DNA of 64,000 bases, taken from positions 3,794 to 67,793 of IMG/VR virus record IMGVR_UViG_3300006930_000009; one strand, given 5' to 3'. The stretch is from a virus. Lineage: Duplodnaviria > Caudoviricetes. The notes under the pieces are model-generated. The model searched no databases. It was given only the letters and a program-made list of their open reading frames with translations, and was not told the DNA's origin. The position numbers and the translations under genes were made by a program. Positions 48,408-56,152 of this stretch are shown one piece after another. Each line of letters begins with the position of its first letter. The first letter of the stretch is position 1.

Positions 48408-48907
48408 CATGGACGAAAGATCACCCAGTGTCAAATGTACAATGGGTCGATGCGACATTAGTTATTGCAAATAATTACAACCCAAATAAAGTTGCAAAAC
48501 CTGAGATGGATTTACTCATGGAAAGTATTACATCTGATGGATTCACCCAGCCTATCGTTGTATGGGAGCATAATGGAGTATATGAAGTTGTAGATGGATT
48601 CCATAGACATCTTATAGGGAAGAAGTTAGGTATGAGTCATCTACCGGTTACCATAATTAACCAGCACCGAACAAAGAAAGGGGATAGGATGGCATCAACG
48701 ATACGGCATAATCGAGCACGGGGAGTGCATCAGGTATCATCCATGAGTGAAATTATTCAAGAGATGGTGAAATTAGGATGGGATGATAAAAAGATAGGGA
48801 AAGAGTTGGGAATGGAGCCCGATGAAGTGTTGCGATTAAAGCAGATAGGTGGGTTAGCTGAACTATATGCCAATACGGCATTATCGGAGGCATGGGATGT
48901 TAAATAA
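48392..48907 (+). CDS. ibrB: ParB/sulfiredoxin-like protein (IbrB/YbdM family)
   Basis: HPV..V.WV.....AN.YNPN.VA..EM.LL..SI..DG+TQPIV, VVDGFHR, RMASTIRHNRARG.H. Confidence 0.9.
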   Translation: MESDMTWTKDHPVSNVQWVDATLVIANNYNPNKVAKPEMDLLMESITSDGFTQPIVVWEHNGVYEVVDGFHRHLIGKKLGMSHLPVTIINQHRTKKGDRMASTIRHNRARGVHQVSSMSEIIQEMVKLGWDDKKIGKELGMEPDEVLRLKQIGGLAELYANTALSEAWDVK

Positions 48908-49523
48908 TGATGTGATGATTGATGGGTTAGAAGAGTCAATCCTTTATTTATATTTAAAAATGAGACTCCCTATCAATGATATTGCAACCACATTATCATA
49001 TCCTATCGCTAAAATTAATAAATTTCTTAAAGTGACAGGGATGATTGATGTTGTTAAATATAAAAAAGTAAGACCATGGGTTTACCATTCAATTATTGAA
49101 TTATATTCTCATAATATGAGCACCCGTGATATTGCAAATTATGTCCCAATAGGAGCCACTATGATTGCTAATATACTGCGTGAAAATAATATTCTTCGAT
49201 CGACCCGGGTAAAATCTACTATCACTGATACCGAAATACATGATATTATCAATCAGTGTAAACAACAGTATCCGGATATTATAGACAGTATCCCTGATAC
49301 TGATGGGTGGTTAGATCAAAACCACCCATTGTATAATATCATATATACTATTGAAGCAATGGAAGCATTATATGGACGTAATTGGTATAATAGATACCCA
49401 CCGTGCCCTACGTGCGGTAAACCAGTTAAAGTATTACCATGTAGAGATAGAACCGGTGATGTCCATTATTGTGACGATATATGTTATCGGAAATGGCAAA
49501 AGGTGAATCATGCGCTTAACTGA
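48897..49523 (+). CDS. Tandem-HTH protein with C-terminal Zn finger
   Basis: Two HTH-like segments; CPTCGK...C...YCDDICY; GGAGG RBS before ATG 48897. Confidence 0.65.
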   Translation: MLNNDVMIDGLEESILYLYLKMRLPINDIATTLSYPIAKINKFLKVTGMIDVVKYKKVRPWVYHSIIELYSHNMSTRDIANYVPIGATMIANILRENNILRSTRVKSTITDTEIHDIINQCKQQYPDIIDSIPDTDGWLDQNHPLYNIIYTIEAMEALYGRNWYNRYPPCPTCGKPVKVLPCRDRTGDVHYCDDICYRKWQKVNHALN

Positions 49524-50376
49524 TGAACAGATATCAATTATAAACCGAGAGTATGATGACGGTGTTCCCGTATTAACCATATGGAAAACGCATGATATTC
49601 CTAAAAATCGTATATTTGAATATTTAAAAGACGCAGGAAAGATTAGAAAAGGCGGTGCAGTAAAAACCATTACATCAGAAATGGAAAATGAGTGCATTGA
49701 ATTATATAAATCAGGGTTATCATCATCACAAATCCATATACAGGCCGGAATATCAAAAACATCAATAATTAATATTATTAAAAATGCGGGGTGTTCCCGA
49801 TCATTATCTGAATCTCAATCATATCGATCTTACCCTGATGATATAAAGCAATTAGCATTTGATCTCTATGAAGAAGGTTACTCTACCGGGGATATATGTG
49901 AAATCATTGAGGTTTCTCACCCATCAAATATCATCAAATGGTTGAAACAGGCAAATATTCACATCCGAAGTCGTTCAGAAGCGGCAAAGATAAGTAATAA
50001 TCATTTTATGAGGGGAAAGCATGGAGATGAACACCCAATGTGGAATAATGGTTCATCATATACTTATTGTCCATTATTTAATGATGAATTTAGAGAACGT
50101 GTTCGATCATTCTTTAATTACACATGTCCATTATGCGGGAAGCATCAGGATGATGAAAAGCGACGATTGCATGTACATCACATTCATTATAAAAAGGATT
50201 CATGCTGTAATCCAGATTCACCCAGATTATTTATAGCACTATGCCACTCATGCCATATGAAGACCAATAAAAATAGAGAATATTGGGAAAATCATTTATC
50301 AAGTATTATATCAACTAAATTTAATAATAAATGCTATTATACAAAATCAGAATATGATACTTTAATTACTCAATAA
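49510..50376 (+). CDS. Multi-HTH + HNH endonuclease (homing-endonuclease-like)
   Basis: Three HTH repeats, NUMOD3-like GKHGDEHPMWNNG, CPLCG...LHVHHIHY...IALCHSCH..TN. Confidence 0.8.
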   Translation: MRLTDEQISIINREYDDGVPVLTIWKTHDIPKNRIFEYLKDAGKIRKGGAVKTITSEMENECIELYKSGLSSSQIHIQAGISKTSIINIIKNAGCSRSLSESQSYRSYPDDIKQLAFDLYEEGYSTGDICEIIEVSHPSNIIKWLKQANIHIRSRSEAAKISNNHFMRGKHGDEHPMWNNGSSYTYCPLFNDEFRERVRSFFNYTCPLCGKHQDDEKRRLHVHHIHYKKDSCCNPDSPRLFIALCHSCHMKTNKNREYWENHLSSIISTKFNNKCYYTKSEYDTLITQ

Positions 50377-50462
50377 TAGCATATGTAAAAATGATAGTAT
50401 TTATACTTATCTATCATTTAACTAACGTTATTTTTGATAAAGAAGAGTGATTTAAAGGCTGT

Positions 50463-51347
50463 TTAACCTTTAAGACCAGAAACAACGCAGATAAATTCCG
50501 GAGCATCGACTATGGGCTCTGCCATACATAAGTTGTAGTACCTATGATCGATCATAATATTGCCCGTCTGTGCGCCTTCTACAGCGACAGTAGTGAGTGG
50601 GATCGCCTCAGCGAGATAACCGAATGCCTGTCTACGCAGAACACACATCTGACCGGTGTCAGTTGGGTCGATTGCGTTGTCGATGATGATGTTCAGACCG
50701 ACGAGGGATGGAACCTGTCCGGACTCAACATAGCTGACAGAGTTATAGAGCTTGTTACGGATGATATCGAACTTGGTCATACGCTCGAAAGTCGCTGAGG
50801 ACATGATGACATCAGTTGCTTCGAGGTAAGTGCTGTCACGAATGAGGCGTTTTGCCTGTTCGAGGTCAGCGATTGGATCTCCCATACCTGCACCGGTGTT
50901 AGCGGTCCAGTCGGATCCATCCGGAATCTCAACAATACCGGTAGTATTGAGGATGCTATCGAAGATCAGGTTGTCTTCAAAGGCTCTCATACGGTAGGCT
51001 GCACGCTCGATCTTACGACCGATAGTGTTGACCATGCCGAACTTCCGCTCCATCATAGAGACATCAAAGTATGCACCGTATGGACGGATGGCCTTTGATT
51101 TCTTTCTGTGGTCGAAGTCAAGACTTGGGAAACCTCCCTGCTCCTGTAACCATGATACGTTACCGGTCACATCCTGCTCTTCGAGGTATGCGACTGCGTC
51201 TCCCTGAGTCTGTTCGACTCCCATGAGGGTACGCCCGATGAGGGTCTTTTCGTAGACCATCTTGATACGAGCTGCGACAATTGGCGGCTTGATATCAACA
51301 TTGGAGTTATACGAAAGATCCTGCTGAGTAAATACTGTTGTAGACAT
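50463..51347 (-). CDS. Major capsid protein (HK97 fold)
   Basis: 294 aa after protease and decoration genes; YG..F.VS.E, DPIADL..A...I, IMSSATF, G.V..L.GL.+I motifs. Confidence 0.9.
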   Translation of the reverse strand: MSTTVFTQQDLSYNSNVDIKPPIVAARIKMVYEKTLIGRTLMGVEQTQGDAVAYLEEQDVTGNVSWLQEQGGFPSLDFDHRKKSKAIRPYGAYFDVSMMERKFGMVNTIGRKIERAAYRMRAFEDNLIFDSILNTTGIVEIPDGSDWTANTGAGMGDPIADLEQAKRLIRDSTYLEATDVIMSSATFERMTKFDIIRNKLYNSVSYVESGQVPSLVGLNIIIDNAIDPTDTGQMCVLRRQAFGYLAEAIPLTTVAVEGAQTGNIMIDHRYYNLCMAEPIVDAPEFICVVSGLKG

Positions 51348-51349
51348 GA

Positions 51350-51790
51350 TTACACCAGAATCTGAACTACGGAAGCTGCTCCACCACCGATCCAGATCTT
51401 TCCGAATCCTTTCTCACCTGCACCGGCTTTCTTTACCCGGCCGGCTGTGGTCGTGTCAAGAACAACCCGGTCACCTGCGACAAGAGTCTCTGCTGCAACT
51501 GCACGAATGAGTGCCTGCTGAAACTCGAATGGAAGGACGTTCACACGGGATGCAGTGTCTGGAGAGAGCTTAACTCCCTGCTTACTTCCATCATGGATAC
51601 CGATGGTAACGATACCGAATGCTTCTCCAGAAGTCGTTGCCTTTTTCACGGTAGCATTACCGGTAATCTGCACAATCTGACCGGGAGCGTAGTAGAAACC
51701 TTCGGAATCTGCGGTTACTCCAGTCATATCAACAGCGGCAGAGAGGGGTTCTCCTCTCTTGAGCTCGGCTGCAATTGGGGATACTGCCAT
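51350..51790 (-). CDS. Capsid decoration/cement protein
   Basis: G.+V.ITG..TV.KAT....AFG+V...A..TL.AGD.V...T.GRV.K pattern; between scaffold and MCP. Confidence 0.75.
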   Translation of the reverse strand: MAVSPIAAELKRGEPLSAAVDMTGVTADSEGFYYAPGQIVQITGNATVKKATTSGEAFGIVTIGIHDGSKQGVKLSPDTASRVNVLPFEFQQALIRAVAAETLVAGDRVVLDTTTAGRVKKAGAGEKGFGKIWIGGGAASVVQILV

Positions 51791-51795
51791 TTATT

Positions 51796-52305
51796 TCACC
51801 GTCCTGTAAATTTGGTCACTGGTCCAAACAGACTGAGTGCTGCATCTGCTGGAGTAGTTCCGTCAGCACACAGATCGACTTTTGCCCGACCGGTCAGGAA
51901 CCTGTCAGACAGAGACATTGGCTTCTCTTCCTCTGGCATCGGAGGTGCAGCCGGTGGTGCGGGTGCGTCCATTGGAGGAGCCGCTGGCTCTTCAGGGGCT
52001 GCCTGCTTTACTGCCTGATCGATCTTTTCCTGTGCTCTCTGTGCAAAGTTCTTGAGCTGTTCGACGTACTTCTGGAGCTGTTCGACAGTCATACTCTGGA
52101 TAAACTCTTCATCGACTTCGAGATTCAGGGACTTGATTTCTGCAATCAACTGACCCTTTTCCTCAGCAACATCAACCTGATCGCGGAGACCTTCTATTTC
52201 GGCTTCAGCGGTTCCAAGCGCCCGCTGTGCCTCTTCGAGATCCGCTACAAGCATTTCATTGATCCGCTGAAGCTCGATGATCTGCTGCGACTGGTCATCG
52301 GTCAT
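51796..52305 (-). CDS. Nested in-frame scaffold protein (169 aa) from internal start
   Basis: AACGGTTTATATAGTT promoter inside the gene (TATA 52329-52336), 24 nt above in-frame ATG at the start of the coiled coil. Confidence 0.6.
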   Translation of the reverse strand: MTDDQSQQIIELQRINEMLVADLEEAQRALGTAEAEIEGLRDQVDVAEEKGQLIAEIKSLNLEVDEEFIQSMTVEQLQKYVEQLKNFAQRAQEKIDQAVKQAAPEEPAAPPMDAPAPPAAPPMPEEEKPMSLSDRFLTGRAKVDLCADGTTPADAALSLFGPVTKFTGR

Positions 52306-53391
52306 GTCTGTTAAGTTTTTCGGATAACTATATAAACCGTTGTCGGAATCTGATAGGTTACCCTCTACTACTTCAACGTTTCCATCATCCTCGCTACCAA
52401 CAGCCTCATTCACCTCATCCTGATGAGCCTGTAAGTGGGCAGTAACGGCTTCGATAAACTCTTCCGGGATACCTGCCTGACCAATACCCTGCATGGCTTC
52501 AGACAGACCATCGATGATCAGATCTCCGTCTGCATTGTGGTGAGGGAGTTTATAGGTCGAAACGTCTGATATATCGCCGACGAATGCAAACAGTGACGGG
52601 TTATCGTTATCCACTACGGGAGCAGTCCAGTCCTCATCAACGATATCGTATGATTCCGGATTATCTGGAACGAAGTTATTACCTTCTTTACCGGCCTCTT
52701 CTTCAGGAGTTTCCTCAGGGACTTCATCCCGGGCATCTTCCTGCTTCCCGTCCTGTACCGGGGTTACACCGGACTCCTGAATTTCATCAGGTCGGAGTTC
52801 TTTCGTCTCCCCATCTTCGGACAGGTTTGTTTCCACCTTTGGCGTCTCATTTGATGAACTGGATTCTATCAGGCGAGCATTTGAGTCGGCAGGCTGGATA
52901 ACGTTCGCGATATGGATCAGTTTCATGTCGTGGATCTTGTTATTGGAATCCATCTGACCGATTACCCGGACAGAGAAAAACGTGTTATCCGGATCCCGTT
53001 TAATCAGCTTGACCAGATCTCGCTGCATACTGGTGTCTTGCCAGAGGTCAATATCGGCAATAGCGGCTTTCCGGGCTGGATCATACCAGATATTTACGGT
53101 AGACCCTATTTTCATCATAGGATTATCAGTATGTCCGATGACGATCGGTGCCGGGACATAGGCGAGGTTTCTCTCCGACTTAAGGTTCACACAACCGGTG
53201 ACCATCTTTTCGATCTCCGGTCCGGTAAATGAGATTCGGTTATGGGTACCTTCGGATACTGCTAATATCCGGCGGCGTACCGGAGCATCAGCGGCCATCG
53301 GTGCATTATCTGCGGATAGGTTTACTACTTCGGTCGAACTGACCGGAATAGTACTCAAATCCATAATCACCGTACGCATTTGAGAGGTCAT
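51796..53391 (-). CDS. Prohead protease fused to acidic linker and scaffold
   Basis: His in IVIGHT, Ser in FFSVR, HIANV..PAD..AR; acidic region; C-terminal coiled coil and Pro/Ala-rich tail. Confidence 0.8.
   Translation of the reverse strand: MTSQMRTVIMDLSTIPVSSTEVVNLSADNAPMAADAPVRRRILAVSEGTHNRISFTGPEIEKMVTGCVNLKSERNLAYVPAPIVIGHTDNPMMKIGSTVNIWYDPARKAAIADIDLWQDTSMQRDLVKLIKRDPDNTFFSVRVIGQMDSNNKIHDMKLIHIANVIQPADSNARLIESSSSNETPKVETNLSEDGETKELRPDEIQESGVTPVQDGKQEDARDEVPEETPEEEAGKEGNNFVPDNPESYDIVDEDWTAPVVDNDNPSLFAFVGDISDVSTYKLPHHNADGDLIIDGLSEAMQGIGQAGIPEEFIEAVTAHLQAHQDEVNEAVGSEDDGNVEVVEGNLSDSDNGLYSYPKNLTDMTDDQSQQIIELQRINEMLVADLEEAQRALGTAEAEIEGLRDQVDVAEEKGQLIAEIKSLNLEVDEEFIQSMTVEQLQKYVEQLKNFAQRAQEKIDQAVKQAAPEEPAAPPMDAPAPPAAPPMPEEEKPMSLSDRFLTGRAKVDLCADGTTPADAALSLFGPVTKFTGR
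52326..52341 (-). promoter_or_regulatory. Internal promoter for scaffold-decoration-MCP transcript
   Basis: Matches the AAC..TTTATATA.GTT consensus of 5131, 34305, 44838, 57759 and 63034 promoters. Confidence 0.6.
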
Positions 53392-53498
53392 AGTACCGGA
53401 TAGGTGGGATACCGGTATATTTATATAGGAGTCGAAGTTCTCACAAATAAAGTTATTCTGACAAAAGAATTATCTGGATAGGTGGCAAACAGATCTCT

Positions 53499-53792
53499 AT
53501 GGCTGAATATACCATGGAGCAAGTTACCCCATCTCCCATGTTAAAGAGGATCATGTCGGGAGATGATGGTGTGTATTGTTACCAGTCAAAAAAGATCGTC
53601 GATCCGGAAAATCCTACTGAAGAGAAGATGTTTTCTATTGATGTGAATGAAGAAGCACTGGCATTATTATCACGGGTGAAAAAGAGTCGTGGTGGATCAT
53701 TCAGCGATGTGATTATACACTGGTGCAATACGATCCGGGAAAATGAGGAGATAAATATGGATAAAGCACTTAACGAGTTCTATCGTCGTTAA
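53499..53792 (+). CDS. Ribbon-helix-helix-like regulator / antitoxin-like protein
   Basis: SIDVNEEALALLSRVKK.RGGSFSDVI motif resembling archaeal DUF217-type RHH; divergent from head operon. Confidence 0.6.
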   Translation: MAEYTMEQVTPSPMLKRIMSGDDGVYCYQSKKIVDPENPTEEKMFSIDVNEEALALLSRVKKSRGGSFSDVIIHWCNTIRENEEINMDKALNEFYRR

Positions 53793-53851
53793 GCAGCGGG
53801 TTCCGCTTATACACTTATTAAATTATTAGACCGGTTTTATCACCGGTAACA

Positions 53852-55093
53852 TTACTTCGGGTTCTTTTTAATACGTTTGTATCTAACCGACTCTTTATGA
53901 GTCACCCCGTCAGGAGTCTTATACGTAATTTCTGCTTTTGGTGTGGGTTCTTTCTTTGGATTTGTAACCTTTTCAACCGGTTTAGTATCTTTCTGTACCG
54001 GTTTCTGACCAGTGTGATGATAAGTAGTACCAAACTGCTGTTTGTCGATGGCGGCAACATGCTGAGCGTCCATGATGTCTAAGTTCTTCATGGTTTTATT
54101 ACATTTCTCCATTTCACTCACATCATCATTCGCTTTTGCAGCCATATACTTTTTGTATACCGACTGCTGTTGTGCCGATATGACATCCTGACGTTTTCTC
54201 AGCTGAGGTAAGGTAAACTTTGTCGATAGGTAATCAATCGCTGCATCTGATTCAGACTTGAGAAGTTTAGACAAGTCGCCGCCAGCCCGGGATGCAGCGT
54301 CGGCAAGGTACGACTCTACGTCTTCTACAGATTTCTTTACCGGCGTCTTTTTAGCAGGTGTTGTCTCCTTTGCTGTCTTTTCAGTCTTCGCCGGATCACC
54401 ATATGCAATCTCTTTCATCACGTCAAGAGTACTCTTTGATTTGACTTTCTTCAACGTCTTTTCAGCACCGGATTTCGCTTTCTTCACATCAGCCAGTGCC
54501 TTACTCGGCTGACGTGCTCCCTTTTCAACCGTAATCTCTTTTGGTTTATATCCAGTCTTCAATGCCTTATCCAATTCATCAGGCTCCCCGTCAAAATATG
54601 CTGCCTCATGCTTTAATCGTTTCTGACAGGATGACGGATCCCCTTTTGCGGTAGCAACGATTACCGGCTGCCGGGGTGACTTCCCCTGACCGATAGGCTC
54701 ATAGCGTAATACCGCACCGTCTTTTGTCGGTAGGATGTGGAACCGACCGGCCATGTGAAATGAGTCAGGTTTACCAGTGGATTTTCGATCATTGTATTTC
54801 GGTTTACGGGTTACCGATGAAGTGTCCGGTTGTTCACCATCCCGGAAATGCATATGGGCAACGCCACCATTATGATCTTTCCACCCGGTAGTGACATTTG
54901 CTCGTTTATATAACCGGGTTTTTGTACGCATCACTTCTTTGTGTTCAGGTGACACATCTTCAGAATTATAGAATTTACCCCCACGTTTCCCGGTCTGCAC
55001 TGATACGCCCGGAGGAGGAGTGGCTGTTCCACGGAGATAGATCTTTCTCAGATCTATCTCAATTCTCTTTTGCAGTTCAGCGAGGTTTATCAT
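53852..55093 (-). CDS. N-terminally tagged basic (Lys-rich) protein at the usual MuF position
   Basis: 413 aa; begins QKRIEIDLRKIYLRGTATPPPGVSVQTGKRGGKFY. Confidence 0.75.
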   Translation of the reverse strand: MINLAELQKRIEIDLRKIYLRGTATPPPGVSVQTGKRGGKFYNSEDVSPEHKEVMRTKTRLYKRANVTTGWKDHNGGVAHMHFRDGEQPDTSSVTRKPKYNDRKSTGKPDSFHMAGRFHILPTKDGAVLRYEPIGQGKSPRQPVIVATAKGDPSSCQKRLKHEAAYFDGEPDELDKALKTGYKPKEITVEKGARQPSKALADVKKAKSGAEKTLKKVKSKSTLDVMKEIAYGDPAKTEKTAKETTPAKKTPVKKSVEDVESYLADAASRAGGDLSKLLKSESDAAIDYLSTKFTLPQLRKRQDVISAQQQSVYKKYMAAKANDDVSEMEKCNKTMKNLDIMDAQHVAAIDKQQFGTTYHHTGQKPVQKDTKPVEKVTNPKKEPTPKAEITYKTPDGVTHKESVRYKRIKKNPK

Positions 55094-55461
55094 GCTCCAA
55101 ACACCGTAGATATCGTATGACTGTCATCGGCAGACAATGATTTCTTACAGGGTGCGGACTTCTTCTCATCCTTTTTTCCGTTTGACTTCTTCGGTTTCGA
55201 CTCTTTCTTTTCAGGCTCATCCGGATCTTCCGGTTCAGACCCGCGGAAGGTGACACCTACTGTAGTTTTGAGTCTCTTATGGCCGAACTGTCCACCACCA
55301 TACGATCTGCTTGACCCACCGGCATTGGCGAATGCTTTATCTTTTCTCGCTTTCTGACGCTCTCTGCGAGATTTAAGATCAATATTCCCGGTATGGTATG
55401 CATCAAGCGTGTCCTGAATCCGGCCGGAAAGATCCGCCAGATACACTACAAGATCAGTCAT
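55090..55461 (-). CDS. Small basic head-associated protein
   Basis: Start MTDLVVY at 55461, ~26 nt below a TTTAAAT box; Lys/Arg-rich. Confidence 0.6.
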   Translation of the reverse strand: MTDLVVYLADLSGRIQDTLDAYHTGNIDLKSRRERQKARKDKAFANAGGSSRSYGGGQFGHKRLKTTVGVTFRGSEPEDPDEPEKKESKPKKSNGKKDEKKSAPCKKSLSADDSHTISTVFGA

Positions 55462-55510
55462 ATAACAAATATGCTGAATATAATGATTTAAATAAGAGTC
55501 AAAAAAGAGA

Positions 55511-55894
55511 TTAGAGTTTGTTTGTTTTCTGCTTGGTGTCCATACCACCACGGGAGCCCGGGTTGTAGAAATCAGCAGATGGGCCGGAAATCTTCAGGCC
55601 GGAATCAGTCCACGGTCCTTCCTCACGCAGGCCGTTCATTCCCGGAGTAGAGTTTCCTTTCTTCTGCTTTGCAGATGCGATAACCTTTTTCACGATATCG
55701 GGCTGGAGTGCCTGTGGGATATCAGGTGCAAGTGGGTTATCATTTCGCTGTACATATTCATGCTCGGCGATATAGCCTTCCTGCGTTGCAGGTGAGTCAG
55801 GCTTTGCAACCTGTACATCTACACCGCTCTGAGGGAGAATAGACTTTTCAGCCTCACCGGATGCAGCGCCGAATGACGGAAGATTTTCAGGCAT
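55511..55894 (-). CDS. Low-complexity hypothetical protein (PW.D.GL paralogue)
   Basis: TTTAAATACCT box ~27 nt above ATG 55894. Confidence 0.6.
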   Translation of the reverse strand: MPENLPSFGAASGEAEKSILPQSGVDVQVAKPDSPATQEGYIAEHEYVQRNDNPLAPDIPQALQPDIVKKVIASAKQKKGNSTPGMNGLREEGPWTDSGLKISGPSADFYNPGSRGGMDTKQKTNKL

Positions 55895-55933
55895 AGTACT
55901 CACTTTTTCTGTTACAAGGTATTTAAACTAAAG

Positions 55934-56152
55934 TCACGGGATGCGGTCTTTCACCACAATATTCCCATATTTCTGTTCAGTTCCATTCACCCGGGCCACT
56001 TCAGCAAGCTGATCTTTCGTGAGACCGGTATCATACCATGGGGAATCATGTTCCCCAGTCATTCCCTGAGATGACGCGTTCTTCTTGATGCTAGGTACTG
56101 ATTTCGCTGCCGCTTTCTTCAGTATCTTGTCTATTCCGCTTTTTTCTGACAT
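55934..56152 (-). CDS. Small basic protein (PW.D.GL paralogue)
   Basis: 72 aa, GGAGG RBS, overlaps portal end. Confidence 0.6.
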   Translation of the reverse strand: MSEKSGIDKILKKAAAKSVPSIKKNASSQGMTGEHDSPWYDTGLTKDQLAEVARVNGTEQKYGNIVVKDRIP

